Assembly: GCA_964016885.1 (NCBI GenBank)
Contig: OZ024742.1
Coordinates: forward strand, 148,118,001 to 148,182,000
Reading direction: 5' to 3'
Length of the DNA stretch: 64,000 nucleotides
From: Eledone cirrhosa
Lineage: Eukaryota
The notes beneath the pieces are model-generated. The model saw nothing but the letters and a program-made list of their open reading frames with translations, had not been told where the DNA came from and did not search any database. Positions 1 through 14,585 of this stretch are shown piece after piece (the stretch's first letter is position 1; every line of letters begins with the position of its first letter). The translations under genes and the position numbers were made by a program.

Positions 1-143
1 TTTAGGTTTTCAATCTTTTAAATTTTTTTCTAATACTTTACTATGGTTATCACTGTTCCAGTTTCTGGTAGAAAGAAACGAAACGATGCCAAATTAAGCA
101 AATTTTGTCGGAGTAAACTGAAGCTTCTCAAAATAAAATTTGC

Positions 144-249
<106 letters not shown>

Positions 250-578
250 TTAATAAAAACAATGAATAAAAACAAAGAACAAGTTGCTTATATTAAAAAA
301 TTCATCATTTTACGATCGTTTCTAGGATATATATGTGTGTTGGTATGTATATCATATAGATCTATGTAAAAATTTTACAAACTATCAGAGGAAATATACA
401 TACCTTCACATATATATGCTGTCTTCAGAAATAATCTTATATATATATGTCTATCTTATATATATATATGTCTATATATATGTCTATCTTATATATATAT
501 GTCTATCTATATGGCTGTCTATCTTTTACTCCTTTTGGCTGACATCTCGCTTTCTCTCCCCCTCTCTCTCTCTCTCTG

Positions 579-661
<83 letters not shown>

Positions 662-969
662 TTGTGTGAATGTGTGTGTATACATATATAAGTGTGTGTG
701 TGTGTGTATGTATGTAAGGAAAGAGATGATGAGAAGAAGAAGAGATGTGGTGATATATGTAGCTAAATAGATAAATAAACGAGCTGTTTGTTTATAGACT
801 TCAATTTCTAAGCCCATCTTTGTGCCTGCTAGATTAAGATTGAACAGGTCTACACAACAAATATTGGTTTCTGTATTTTAGTCAGCAATGAGTTATTGGT
901 ATTGAAAGCCAGCCATTACTCTACCAGATTAAATTGCTGCGTCGATGGTGAAAATATGTTCAGTTCGTC

Positions 970-1216
970 ATCGAGATATTTACCTTCTTCTTCTTCTTCT
1001 TCTTCTTCTTCTTCTTCTTCTTCTTCTTCTTCTTCTTCTTCTTCTTCTTCTATCAACAACACCAGAAGCGCTAATTAAAGGAGCCCCAAACACCACCACC
1101 ACTACTAGTACCACTACTGCTACCACCACCACCACCACCACCACTAGTACCACTATCGCCCCCCCCCCCCGCATTACCCCCCCACTAGTACTACTACCGC
1201 CAGCACCACCAGCACC

Positions 1217-1247
<31 letters not shown>

Positions 1248-1611
1248 CCACCACCACCACCACCACCACCGCCCCAATCAAATTTGTTCAATTAACAAAC
1301 TCCGAGTCAAATTACTCAATGGATAATGTAGTCCTGGATTCCATCCCTACAAATACGAAAATGACGTGATGTCACGGCCGGAACGTCTCGTCTTTGATCT
1401 TAGGTCTGCACCATTAGACCTGACCTAGAGCTAAGTAACAACAGAAATAATCAGCTACGATCAACCACCACCAACAGCAGCACCACCACCAGCACAAGCA
1501 GCAGCAGCAGCACTACTACCACCACCACCACCACCACCACCAACACCACAACAACAATAAGCAGCAGTAGCAGCACCACCACCGTCACCACCACCAGCAG
1601 CACCATCACCA

Positions 1612-1645
<34 letters not shown>

Positions 1646-1866
1646 CTACAACAACAACCACCACCACCACTACTAACAACAACTACAGCCACCACTACCA
1701 CCTCCACCAGCACTACCACCACCACCAACAACAACTCCCCCCATCCCACCACCACCACCACCACCACCACCAACAACAGCCCTCCCCCCATCACCACTAC
1801 CACCAACCACCACCACCACCACCAACAACAACTCCCCCCTCCCACCACCACCACCGCCAACTACCG

Positions 1867-1897
<31 letters not shown>

Positions 1898-2730
1898 GCC
1901 CTCCCCATCACCACTACCGCCAACCACCACCACCACCAACAACAACAACTCCCCCCTCCCACCACCACCACCAACAACAACAACAGCCCTCCCCCATCAC
2001 CACTACCACCAACCACCACCACCACCACCAACAACAACAACTCCCCCCTCCCACCACCACCACCGCCAACCACCACCAACAACAACAACAACGGCCCTCC
2101 TCCATCACCACTACCACCAACCACCACCACCACCACCACCACCACCACCACTAACAACAACAACAGCCACCATCACCATTAACGCCCCGCCATAAGTACC
2201 ATTTCTGCCAATACCTCCAATAACGCCATCTATTCTAGCTGTGTGATAAAATTAGACAGCCAGAAAGAACGCACCATTATTGAGCCTGACAATGGCATTA
2301 GCAAATTTGATAGCAGGTTGTTCAATAAAGGTTATCGATCTGAGGATCAAAGTGGTAAGATTAGGAATTTGTTGTGGAAATCAGTATTGCAACTTAGTGC
2401 TATCCATAAATATAATGTACGATTAGGCAATCTATGAAAACAAACTTTAAATAAGATTACATCTACAGGTTTTAGTAATGTCACCGTTGTTGTTGTTGTT
2501 GTTGTCGTCGTCGTCGTTGTTGTTGTTGTTGTCGTTGTCGTTGATGGTTTTCCTCATTTCCTCGTCGTCATCATCATCATCATCATCATCATTATCAGCT
2601 ATATCCCACCCTCCTCCTCCTCCTCCTCCTCCTCCTCCTCCTTCTCATCATCATCATCATCATCATTACTACCGTTGCCATCGTCAACGTTGTTGCTGCT
2701 GCTGTAGTAGTAGTAGTAGTACTACAAAAT
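970..2730. repeat. Trinucleotide microsatellite and minisatellite block (CTT, CAC/CAA, GTT, CAT, CCT)
   Basis: Visible directly. It includes an irregular CCACCA-rich repeating unit at about 1730-2130. Confidence 0.95.
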
Positions 2731-2885
2731 AATGACTTGTAAACACATTGGTAGAAGTTTGAACAATTCTGCCAAGGGAACAATCAATTAAATCGATTCT
2801 CCCAATGTATGCCCGATATTATATTTCATCGATTCCAGGGTGATGAAAGACAAAATCGATTCCGATATGGATTGAACTCAGGACT

Positions 2886-2948
<63 letters not shown>

Positions 2949-3779
2949 TGACGGGACTAGCATGGGTTTTACTGCTAGTAGTACCGGTTGCATCTCAGCG
3001 TACTCAATAGGTAATGTTATGTAAAATCCCAGAGTTGACACATAGTTATTCGCTTCAATACAACACACGTAAATGGGTACCTTCAATATGTACTCGAGTT
3101 TAGGCCACACTTGCAGCAATAGAGTGCACAACTTATATTATGCAACAACGCACAATTGGCGCATGTGGCTTCATTAGCGGGTTTCGTCTAATCAATAACC
3201 AATCGATCGACAGAATTCGATTCCAGTGAATGTGACGGTCAACGTAATAAAACATTAGCAACTGAAATCCCTACGCGTCATCACAATACTGTCAACCGAT
3301 TGGCTACCAGTTCAGAAATTTACGTGACAGTAGGAGACAAAATTCAAATAGTTTCGCTCCCGCCATAAACACTCAGCCAACGTATCTCAAACACAAATTA
3401 ACAAGTGAGTGAAAAATCGGTTATTAGAGAAAATCAGTCTCCAATCGCTGAACAATAGAATGGTCTCCAAGTTCCATGGCGAGAAATAGTGCGATAGTAT
3501 ATATAAATATATATATGTATATCATTAATATAGAGGACTAAAATAAAACTATTTCTGTCATAAAAAGGCTCAATACTTATACAGAGTAAAAACTATATTT
3601 TATAGAGCTTCATTTATACAAATTATATTTAGGTGTAATAATGTATAGTATATCAAAGGTAAGCATTGCAAGCAAAAATATATTTTAAAGAAAAATACAA
3701 TTTTACTTACAAACAAGTGCTTATACCGCGGTTTTGTTTGGCAAAGAATGTTTATATACACACATATATATATATGAGT

Positions 3780-3995
3780 GAAGGCGTGTGGCTGAGTGGT
3801 TAGAGAATTGGATTCGCAATCGTAAGGTTGTGAGTTCGATTCCTAGACCAGATGATGCGTTATGTCCTTGAGCAAGACACTTTATTTCACGTTGCACCTT
3901 CTACCTGGAGTTGCGACCGATAGATAGTATTAGCAATTGGAAAGACCAACGGAAACATTGTTCTCGCGGTCCGATTTGACGAAAGTCGATCGTTC
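3780..3995 (+). mobile_element. tRNA-derived SINE with CORE-like body
   Basis: A box TGGCTGAGTGG, B box GAGTTCGATTCC, then TGTCCTTGAGCAAGACACTT. A closely similar copy lies at 62025-62238 (-). Confidence 0.8.
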
Positions 3996-4025
3996 CTTTT
4001 ATATATATATATAGGAAAAAGTATG

Positions 4026-4121
4026 ACCCCGACGGCAGAGCTCAAGCCGTTTCGACGGCTATTTCTGGACTAAATTAGAATTTTTAGCCTGGTAAATAAA
4101 TAGCCGAACTTGTCAAGGGGT
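4026..4121 (-). ncRNA. Type I hammerhead ribozyme, U3-A8 core variant (family A)
   Basis: Reverse complement: ACCCC-TTGACAA-G(TT)CGGCTATTT...AAATAGCCG(T)C-GAAA-CGGC-TTGAGCTCT-GCCG-TC-GGGGT. All three helices pair and the cleavage triplet is GUC. Confidence 0.8.
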
Positions 4122-4276
4122 ACTTCCTTATATAGGAAGATTGTAGTTGTTGAGAGGATTGGTCAAAATTTGTTGTAAACACAAATAAGGTCAAGAGCAT
4201 TAAATTCAAACCCAGACACAACGGATTCCTGCAACTCCATAGCAAAATAACAGAGTATGAAAACACCAACGACATC

Positions 4277-6001
4277 ATGGTGCACTCGGACAAAACTGGA
4301 AACCTCTACTTCGTCAACCCTGACAGATACCACACACTGATCAGGAGCAGCCTAAACTCCACCTATAAAAAGGCTAACCATTCAATTATCGAGGACATAA
4401 ATCGAGATGGACAACAAATTACCTCCAGCCTCGGGGTCTTCGACCGCACTGAACCCATAGACCCACGGACTCCCTACTTCACATTGAAGGACCACAAATC
4501 CGACTTCGACCGCAAACCATCCATCAGGCTTATAAACCCAACGAAGTCGGATATAGGGAGAATTAGTAAAGAGATCCTAGACCGCATTATACCAAAAGTT
4601 AAGCAAAACGCGAGACTTGGCCTATGGGTCAGCACCCAGGAAGTAATCTCATGGTTCACGAATATGGAGGACAAACGAAATACAAAATTCATCAAGTTCT
4701 ACATAGAGAGTTACTATGCATCTATTACCTTACCGCTCCTTACGGCCGCCTTGGACTTTGCCGAAACACTCACACCCATCACTGACCAGGAAAGAAATAT
4801 CATTCTCCACGCCAGGAAGACAGTCCTACTTTTCGACAACTCCAAGTGGATAAAGAGAGCTCTCGACTCCCCCTTCGACGTCAGTATGGGCGCGACGGAT
4901 TCGGCCGAGGTCACAGATCTTATAGGATTATTCCTACTATTTAAACTCACCGAAATGTTTCCTGAATTCGGCGGTGGATTGTACCGAGATGATGGGCTCC
5001 TCACCCTCAAAGAGTACAACCCCAGTAGTACAGACGGGGTCCGTAGACAACTAATCAACTTCTTCTGGGACTGGGGATTTAAAATCACCCTACAAACGTC
5101 CCTAACCCGAGTCAATTTCCTGAACGTTACCCTTAACCTCGAAAATGATCTGTACTACCCATACAGGAAACCAAACGACAACCTGCACTACATCCACCGC
5201 CACTCTAACCATCCTAGAAACATCACCAATAACCTGGTTAAAAACATCTCCCTCCGCATATCTCGTTTGTCCGCTAATGAGCAGATATTCGACGAACATG
5301 CGTCTCATTACAACCAGGCCTTCAAGCGGAGTGGCTTCCGGGAGGAAATATCCTTTTATCCAGCTTCCCCACAATATCCTTTTATCCAATCCTCCCCACA
5401 ATGCCGAGGTGGCAACACCTATCGGGAAAATCTTCTTTAGGCTCCTCGAAAAACACTTCCCACTACAACACCGCTACCACAACATAATCAAGGAAAATAC
5501 CACCAAACTCTCCTACAGCACCACACCTAACTTCGCACAAAACATCGTCTCCTCAAACAACAAAAAACTCAACCCTTATGGAAGAAACAACCTAGACATC
5601 AGTGGAGAACCGACCATGAGGTGTAACTGCCCTGATAGATCTACGTGCCCCCTCAACAACAGATGCCGAGAACTTAACGTGATCTACCAGTGCAAAGCTT
5701 ATATAGGATTAACCGCTTGTGACTTTAAGACCCGGTTCTACCAACAGCGACATACTTTCCGAAACCCGGTCCGGCGACATGCCACTACACTTTCGAGCCA
5801 CATCTGGGACCTCAAAGATAATAATATAACCTACAATCTCACTTGGAGCTTACTGTCCAGAGCCAACTCTTACACGGGAGGACGCCGTCCTTGTAACTTA
5901 TGCTCGGAGGAAACATTACAAATGTTGTTTTCGAAGGACCAACTCCTAAACAAGAAAGACTAACTGGTAACCGCATGCAAACACAGATTGCGTAGGACGT
6001 A
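4277..6001 (+). pseudogene. PLE reverse transcriptase plus GIY-YIG endonuclease, disrupted
   Basis: RT motifs KDHK..RLINP, MGA..S..V.D..GL, YRDDGL, VNFLNV, YRKP. After a frameshift near 5360 come NPP, a CNC-x5-CPL-x3-C linker, VIY..YIG, FKTRF, C-x2-C and LLNK. A premature stop at 5961 precedes LVTACKHR. Confidence 0.9.
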
Positions 6002-6252
6002 ACTCGCCCTCAAACCCCATAACGACCCGGGTGGGTAGACAAGGGCTGATACCCCCCACTTGCCGAATAAGTTAGGGGAAACCCCAGCTTACATAGGTAG
6101 ATGTACCTCTTTTCTTTTCCTCTATGGTTTCTTCTCTCCCCTGTCTCATCCTATCACTTCCTTCCACTCCCGATCTTCTTCCTCGTCTGCTTTTCCCCTT
6201 TCTCCTACCCCGATGCAGCCCACCGGGCATCTGTAGCCTCAGTACCCCCACT

Positions 6253-6620
6253 CTTGTAATTTTAAGATAGAATTGGCCGAATACGCTTTACTAACCATTT
6301 ATAGCAGATGTGTTAGACCCCTGTAATTTTGTATAATTTTTGTTACTACTCCTATTCTACAATTTCAAAATTTCTTATTTAGTATTTTCTGTTCTCAACT
6401 TATTAACCTGTAATTGTAAGATAGCATTGGCGGAATACGCTTTACTAACTATTTATAGCAGCTGTGTTAGACCCCTGAAAAGTTTGCATTATATTTTTTC
6501 ACTACCCACTTCTACAATTTCTTATTTAGTATTTTCCATTCTCAACTTATTAATCTTTTCTATAGCTTTGGCCGTACAAGCAACACCTACTAATTAGAGC
6601 AGCTGTTTCTAGACTCTACT
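6253..6620 (+). repeat. About 155-bp tandem repeat (about 2.4 copies) in the PLE 3' UTR
   Basis: GAATACGCTTTACTAAC...TTATAGCAG.TGTGTTAGACCCCTG occurs near 6280 and 6435, with a degenerate copy near 6590. Confidence 0.8.
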
Positions 6621-6651
6621 GTTTTTTTTATTCATTTCTCACTATCTAATT

Positions 6652-6778
<127 letters not shown>

Positions 6779-7080
6779 TATTTTTTTTATATTTCTTTCT
6801 ATTATTTTTTATTGTCTCCTACTCTCATTTGACTTACCTATTATAACCTCCCTCCTCCATTTTCTCCAGAACAATTTTTCGACTTTTCATACACTATCCT
6901 GAGAATCTGCTGTATAGATTTCACTTTCAACGCTTGATCGGCTCCACTCACTCCCTCATTGTTCTACGGGCAAGTTCAGCCACCCCTACCTCCCATCAAA
7001 TGCCATGATCGACTTATTTGTGTTTACAACAAATTTTGACCAATCCTCTCAACAACTACAATCTTCCCATATAAGGAAGT

Positions 7081-7182
7081 ACCCCTTGACAAGTTCGGCT
7101 ATTTATTTACCAGGCTAAAAATTCTAATTTAGTCCAGAAATAGCCGTCGAAACGGCTTGAGCTCTGCCGCTGCCGTCGGGGT
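7081..7182 (+). ncRNA. Type I hammerhead ribozyme, U3-A8 core variant, in the PLE 3' pLTR (family A)
   Basis: Same motif as 4026-4121 in sense orientation, with a 6-nt CTGCCG duplication in helix III. Confidence 0.8.
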
Positions 7183-7481
7183 AATACTTTTTCCTATTAC
7201 CCACTCTACTACCCTAAGTATTGAGTACTCTGGTGCGTTATCGTCCCTCTGGTTCCTTACCCCAATTCCTTCGTTATATATATATATATTTTTTTTTTTT
7301 GTCGATTCTATTAAATGATGAATAGCTCCTGTTTATTTTAACATGTCTATTGAGCACTCTTATTCGATATGTGTATTTCCACATTTTCCCGAATATTTTT
7401 TGCGGATATAGAGGTTATCTCCGTTGCTGAATTACATGTGCGTTCTTTCAGCCTGGGTTATGCCTTTTCATTCGTTCGGAC

Positions 7482-7630
7482 AAAAGCTCGTTGAAGAAGT
7501 AAATTTCCGGTCCGCTGGCTTCTAGAAGTCTTATATATTTTTATGTGAGCTGATAGAGGGCAGTTTAAGGATTTACAGAAACCCAAGAAGCTAGATTTAC
7601 CATCGTTCTAGCGGGTCCGGGTATGCTTTT
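7482..7630 (+). ncRNA. Type I hammerhead ribozyme with extended helices II and III
   Basis: (AAAAG)CTCG-TTGAAGA-A-GTAAATTT...GGATTTAC-A-GAAA-CCC-(aagaa GCTAGA..TCTAGC)-GGG-TC-CGGG(tatGCTTTT). Confidence 0.65.
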
Positions 7631-7856
7631 TACATTCATTTGATTTATTGATTTATTGATATTTTATCTGAGTGTTCCGAATCTTCCATATCGCAATTTT
7701 TCGGTCGTATGGTTGATTGTAGACATGTTCTATGTGTGACGGTATTTTAACGATAGTTATAGCTCTGATTTATCTGGATTATTGAGCCCTCTGCCGCTCA
7801 TTTCGAATTTTTTTTATCGTGAACTCGTGCGCCAATTTTTCGATACTCGATTATTC

Positions 7857-7914
<58 letters not shown>

Positions 7915-7978
7915 CACACACAAATATATATACATATATATATATAGAAGTGGTTACTCAACAGTTAGTTCGCCATAC

Positions 7979-8016
7979 CGAGAAAAATTGTTTCACCTTA
8001 GCGGATCCTCAGCTCG
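7979..8016 (-). ncRNA. Minimal type I hammerhead ribozyme, slightly decayed
   Basis: Reverse complement: CGAG-CTGAGGA-TCCGCTAAGGT-GAAA-CAATTT-TT-CTCG. Helix III is one substitution from the palindrome ACAATTGT. It lies in a 200-bp TA-flanked element. Confidence 0.6.
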
Positions 8017-8186
8017 TAATGGACATGGTTATACGGAACAGGAAGGACAACCATACGGTTGTCCTACCTGTGTTGTGTAACCACTTCTACCTAACTCGTC
8101 CCATGGACTGAGTGCTCTACGACTACGGATATTACCTTCACTATATATATATGTATATATATATATATAACGAAGGAATTGTTGGA

Positions 8187-8877
8187 GTGAAATTTTAGTG
8201 TTAATTTTTATAATTTTCTTATTTTACGTCTTTCATATAATTGTTCTGCATCCCCTTGCATTGAACCACAAAGTTACTAAGACAAAACCTATATATTTGC
8301 TAGCATAGGTATGAATCTGTATATATATGTTGGTAGATATACTAATTCTTTATAATTATCTCCAAATTATTTTGTTGAGCAAAAATTTGCCAAAACTGCT
8401 GCTATAGTTCATAGTAATGGCTCGGCTACTGTCTTTTTAACACCCCACTCCTCACTGATTAACCTCGATGTCATGTGATTGATTCTTTTGAATTTGCCAC
8501 CGACCAAGTAGGCAGTGATTTTTTCAATGTCTTGGAATTTAGTCCACGCTTGCTTTTTTCCATCCACTGAATTATTTTTGTATAAGTTCCCTGTGTCTAC
8601 GCATCGCCTGGTAACTTAGCTGAGAACAGACTTCCTGATGACGAAACGGCTTCTCCATGCTTTCCATTTGGAAACCATGTTTATTCCCTTTCAGAAATTA
8701 ATTAGTTAGAGTGAAATTTTAGTAAGTAAGTTAATTTTTATAATTTTCTTATTTTACGTCTTTCATATAATTGTTCTGCATCCCCTTGCATTGAACCACA
8801 CAGTTACTAAGACAAAACCTATATATTTGCTAGCATAGGTATGCATCTGTATATATATGTTGGTAGATATACTAATT

Positions 8878-8885
<8 letters not shown>
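8187..8885. repeat. About 165-bp direct repeats (8187-8352, 8709-8885) around a unique spacer, in (TA)n
   Basis: GAGTGAAATTTTAGT...GGTAGATATACTAATTCTTTAT occurs twice, nearly identical. Confidence 0.85.
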
Positions 8886-8912
<27 letters not shown>

Positions 8913-8920
8913 CATATATG

Positions 8921-9025
<105 letters not shown>

Positions 9026-9054
9026 TTGTATATATATATATATATACACATATT

Positions 9055-9116
<62 letters not shown>

Positions 9117-9198
9117 ATATATATATAATTCAATTGTATATATATATGTTACTCTTAAGTAACATGGTTGTCTGTACAATAAGGGCTTTATTCACAGT

Positions 9199-9305
9199 GC
9201 TGCCAATTGTTTCTTTGATCTGGTAGGTCTAGAGTTCGCTAATCGCTAGATGTTGCGTCAATCGAACTCCAATACTTTGTTTATAACCAGTTAATTCATC
9301 AGAGC
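9199..9305 (-). ncRNA. Hammerhead copy with a mutated cleavage triplet (GGC), probably inactive
   Basis: Inverted copy of 10715-10821 reading GAAACAATTG-GC-AGC. Confidence 0.5.
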
Positions 9306-9728
9306 GAGCGAATGTGAGGATAATATACACCGCGGTTCCATAATTAAATTCTATTTACCATGCATATTTTATTGTTGATTTATTGTCTTAATTATACACT
9401 ATGTGTCATCGAAGTTGTGAAAACTAAACCCCCATGATTCGAATTTAGTTAATACAACGAAAATACTTATCTATCAGACCATAGATCAATCTCCGGTTTA
9501 TTTTTAGCGTGCCGTTAGACCCTCAGCACACTTGAATCTAGATCACTGATAATTACACTTAAAGGGGTAGATTCCAAAAATCTGTCTCTGGGTACATTTT
9601 ATTAGTTATATTTCCATCCCTCAAAAACTACATCTAAAGTAACCTATAGTAGTTTTCACATGTCAACTTCATACATCTGTATCATATCACTTAGGTTACC
9701 ATGCTAGTTTTATCATTTTATCATTATA

Positions 9729-10578
9729 CTAGCATTAAAGCCCGGCGTTGCTCGGGGTCATTAAGTTACCAAAGTTAGGTTGCACCACCCATTTTATGGC
9801 AGCACTTTTTTGTCTGCCAGGCACTGGGTGAATGAATTGCAGACCTGGAAGCATGAGCTGCGCCAGCAGTGACAATTGTAGTTTCGCCTATGGATATTAT
9901 CTCTGTGCAAAAAAGTGTTGAAATTTATTGTTTCACAGTACTTGCGCAACACGCGCGTAGACGATGCCAGCCGAACAACAGAGCTGCGATGGAGTTGTTC
10001 TGCATGGTTGTCTGTGTGTTGTCTGTGTTTCTAGCAGGTTTAGTGACCTCATAGAGTATATGTGTTTTCTAAATTTAAGACAGTAGGGAGTGGTGTGATA
10101 TGGGGGAGAGTTAGCTGCTGTTTCTAGCAGGTTTAGTGACCTCATAGAAGATATGTTTTCTAAATTTAAGACAGTAGGGAGGGTTGTGATATGGGGGAGA
10201 GTTAGCTGCTGTTTCTAGCAGGTTTAGTAACCCCATAGAGGATATGTGTTTTCTAAATTTAAGACAGTATGGAGTGGTGTGAACGGACAGTATCACCATC
10301 AAGCTTGGAAAGAGAAAGTAGCAGAAAGTATGAAGTTGTATAGATTTTGAATGGTAGTGGAAAGAGTTTAGCAGTTTAAATGACAGAGGAAAATCGTAAA
10401 ATATTGAGTTTTATCTATTTTTTGCGTAATTGTGGGTGAAATTGAAAAAATTATCTGCGTCAAGACGCAATCGAAACTATTTCGAATACCGATTTGTAAA
10501 TTTCAATTGAAGAAATTCTATATCGTAGATTTCTATAACGAAGGAGCTTGACCACACACTGAGCTTTATAGATTATGA
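9729..10578 (-). mobile_element. Non-autonomous Helitron with internal tandem repeats
   Basis: Minus strand: A|TC at the 5' end, subterminal hairpin CCCGAGCAACGCCGGG, 3' CTAG|T. Confidence 0.8.
10025..10281. repeat. About 92-bp tandem repeat, about 3 copies, inside the Helitron
   Basis: TTTCTAGCAGGTTTAGT..CATAG..TTTTCTAAATTTAAGACAGTA occurs three times. Confidence 0.9.
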
Positions 10579-10714
10579 TTCTATTTCTCACTTATATTGA
10601 TGTTATTAATTTAACTATTCAGTATCTAGTTATTTTGTTATTGATATTATTGTTCTGGTCTAATAAAACTCCTCTATAAAAGCCATGCCTTGTATATTAT
10701 CCTCACATTCGCTC

Positions 10715-10821
10715 GCTCTGATGAATTAACTGGTTATAAACAAAGTATTGGAGTTCGATTGACGCAACATCTAGCGATTAGCGAACTCTAGACATACCAG
10801 ATCAAAGAAACAATTGTCAGC
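10715..10821 (+). ncRNA. Type I hammerhead ribozyme with a long helix-II insertion
   Basis: GCT-CTGATGA-(attaaCTGGTtat...GAGTTCG..CGAACTC...atACCAGatcaaa)-GAAA-CAATTG-TC-AGC. Helix III is the palindrome ACAATTGT and the triplet is GUC. Confidence 0.65.
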
Positions 10822-11074
10822 ACTGTGAATAACGCCCTGATTGTACAGACAACCATGTTACTCTTATCTCTTGAATTATTATTACTCCAAGTATAACCTA
10901 CATAGAAATCACCGTGAACTCGCTGCATCACTATGGAAGCGTCTTGTTGAGTCAAACTAAGCAATACGTTAATACCATCCACAACACGGAGTACTCTAAC
11001 TGGACTACCTCTAAGTGGATTGCCTATAACGATAACTGGTTATCCCGTATATATATATAGTTTTACTCAACTTT

Positions 11075-11111
<37 letters not shown>

Positions 11112-11132
11112 GTTGAGTAAAACTATATATAT

Positions 11133-12011
<879 letters not shown>

Positions 12012-12150
12012 TTTGAAGAACAGGTAGATAAAATTTACCTAATTTTTCTTAGTCCGGAGAAATTAACTAAATAAATAATCAATTACACGAAGCTAAGTTT
12101 AAACTGTAAGTTTGAAGAAGTAATAGGTAAATGTTACCAATATTCCTCGA

Positions 12151-12236
12151 GCCCCGACTGTCGACAGTTTCGCTTGTGCTATGTGGAAATGTGTAATCGC
12201 TGCATTATTCATGAGGCTTCAAGCTTATCAAGGGAC
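12151..12236 (-). ncRNA. Type I hammerhead ribozyme, U3-A8 core (family B)
   Basis: Reverse complement: GTCCC-TTGATAA-GCTTG...CAAGC-GAAA-CTGTCGACAG-TC-GGGGC. Helix III is the palindrome ACTGTCGACAGT. Confidence 0.85.
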
Positions 12237-12780
12237 TCCTTCAGTTAGGACTGATTATTTTCCAAAGCGATTACACATTTCCACATAGCACAAGCGAAAC
12301 TGTCGACAGTCGGGGCATTTATCTATTATCTATTATTTATCTATTATTTCTTCAAACTTACATTTTAAGCTTAGCTCCGTGTAATTGATTATTTATTTAG
12401 TCTCCGGACTAAGAAGAAAAATTAGGTAAATTTTATCTGCCTGTTCTTCAAACTTATAATTTTATATAGCGCTGATTAACGATTATTTATTTAATTCATT
12501 CCTTCATCGAGCCTCATCGTTGAAGGTAACCTACACTCATATATGTATCTATGATTATGTTTAAATATATGTGTGTTTCTTATGATTTTGTTCTAACTCT
12601 CTTAGGGTTGAGTAAAATTAGGCTGTAACTAACTGCTTCTTCTAGCAATGAACTTACTGGCCACCAGTCTACCCTTCACAACACTTCTATCTTGACCGCT
12701 AGTCACGTGATAATTTTCATCCCTTTCGAATTTGTTACTGGCAGCGATCACTTTGGAAAATATCGGTCCTAACTGAGGGA

Positions 12781-12866
12781 GTCCCTTGATAAGCTTGAAG
12801 CCTCATGGATAATGCAGCGAGTACACATTTCCCCATAGTATAAGCGGAACTGTCGACAGTCGGGGC
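12781..12866 (+). ncRNA. Hammerhead copy with GAAA changed to GGAA, probably inactive
   Basis: GTCCC-TTGATAA-GCTT...AAGC-GGAA-CTGTCGACAG-TC-GGGGC. Confidence 0.65.
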
Positions 12867-13132
12867 TCGAGGAATATTGGTAACATTTACCTATTACTTC
12901 TTCAAACTTACATTTTAGACATAGCTGCATGTAATTGATTATTTATTTAGTTAATCTCCCCAGACTAAGAAGAAAAATTAGGTAAATTTTATCTGTCTGT
13001 TCTTCAAACTTATTATTTTATGTAGCTCTGATTAATGATTATTTTTTTAATTCATTCATTGAGCCACATCGTTGAAGGTGGATTACACTCATATATGTAT
13101 CTATGCTTATGTTTAAATATATGTTTTTTCCT

Positions 13133-13203
<71 letters not shown>

Positions 13204-13494
13204 AAGAGAGAGAGAGGGAGAAAGAGATAGTTAGAGAGAGAGAGAGAGAGACAGAAGGGGGGGGGGGCTATTGATTCGGCATAAATGTGTTAGTTGAATG
13301 GATATATTTGATTGCATCTGTACTAAAACACTGAAAAATATCACGTAACTATTCAACGTATATCTAAGCTTGTAACCAGGTTAATCCCCTACGAGAGTAA
13401 ACTTGATCTTCACAAACAGAGAATAAATATTGTAATACCAAAAGTAAATACTACCAAATGCCCTAACATAATTGCTACTCTAAAATAGTGATTT

Positions 13495-13650
13495 AGGCAC
13501 AAGGCCAACAATTTTTTGGAGGAGAAAGTCGAGTAAGTCGACCTCAGTGCATTACTGGTAGCTTATTTTATTGACCCCGTAATGATGAGAGGCAAAGCTA
13601 ACCTCGGCTGGAATTGAACTTAGCACGTAAAGAGCCATAACTCTATGCTG
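13495..13650 (-). mobile_element. Nin/Deu-like tRNA SINE, diverged copy
   Basis: GGCACAAGGCC...ACTGGTA..TTATT.GACCCCGTAA..GGCAAAG, as in 20297-20500. Confidence 0.75.
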
Positions 13651-14526
13651 CTCTGAAAATAATTTTTTCTCGCTAGGTACGTTAAGCAAACGTTCTTAAG
13701 GTTGGAGTATATGTATTACAGGTGTAAATTTAATCGACAGTTTGTTTCATCAGATTGACGAACATCAGATGACTTCATTGGCAAGCCCATTGTTCTTTTG
13801 CAATTTTAGGGGAAGAATAGAAAGGTGGTTTCTTGTTACCTTCTTCTGTTTTTTTTTTTTTTTTTTTTTTACAAAACATCATCTCAGTTAGAAACAGACA
13901 TATTCGCTATACAAACTTAGACACTCAGAATGTAATATATAATGAGTCTGAACAAATGCTGCAAAACTATTTTGTTCAACGCTTTAATAGTTCAGAAAAC
14001 CATCACTCTGGACTGCTGAAAGGAAAAGTTGACCAAGGTGGGATTTGAACTCAGAAATTAAAGGCCTTGAACCCAAGGGATTTTGTATAGCATAGGAACT
14101 AGTGGATATTGAGGGAAAATACCGAATATATTAAAGCATTTAGTTCGACGATTCTGTCAATTCACAACGCGTTGATCATGTCAAAAACTTTGGGAAGTTA
14201 CAAAAGTATACTGAACCTGAAATTAATGAGTGGTGTGATATTACGCCAAGACGAAGAAGAAGAAGAAGAAGAAGAAGAAGAAGAAGAAGAAGAAGAAGAA
14301 GAAGAAAAAGAAGAAGAAGAAGAAGAAGATGATGATGATGATGATGATGATAACCAACCCCTAGCTAAAACCTGTCCATTGCAATTTGGTTAAAGTATCA
14401 TTACAACAGCCTTTCCAAACATATGTCAGAACATCATAATCTAATAAAAATAGAGAGATTGATTTATAAGTTCCGCTATCACATAGACATGATAAAACTT
14501 AAATACGAACAAAAGCCACAAACGTA

Positions 14527-14585
<59 letters not shown>

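Larger units (their letters stand above)
9148..10866. mobile_element. PLE-type element with about 180-bp inverted repeats carrying an HHR, interrupted by a Helitron
   Basis: About 9157-9327 is the reverse complement of about 10693-10862. There is an HHR in each arm and (TA)n on the left. Confidence 0.7.

Noticed and set aside
3780-3850. tRNA-like sequence
   Set aside because: It continues into a SINE body and has a dispersed copy, so it is a SINE head rather than a tRNA gene.
8635-8655. CTGATGA-C-GAAAC, hammerhead-like
   Set aside because: There is no room for helix II, and no helix I or NUH partner downstream.
10025-10281. Regular repeats resembling a CRISPR array (also 45111-45550 and 49845-50875)
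   Set aside because: No unique spacers, no cas genes, and a eukaryotic context.
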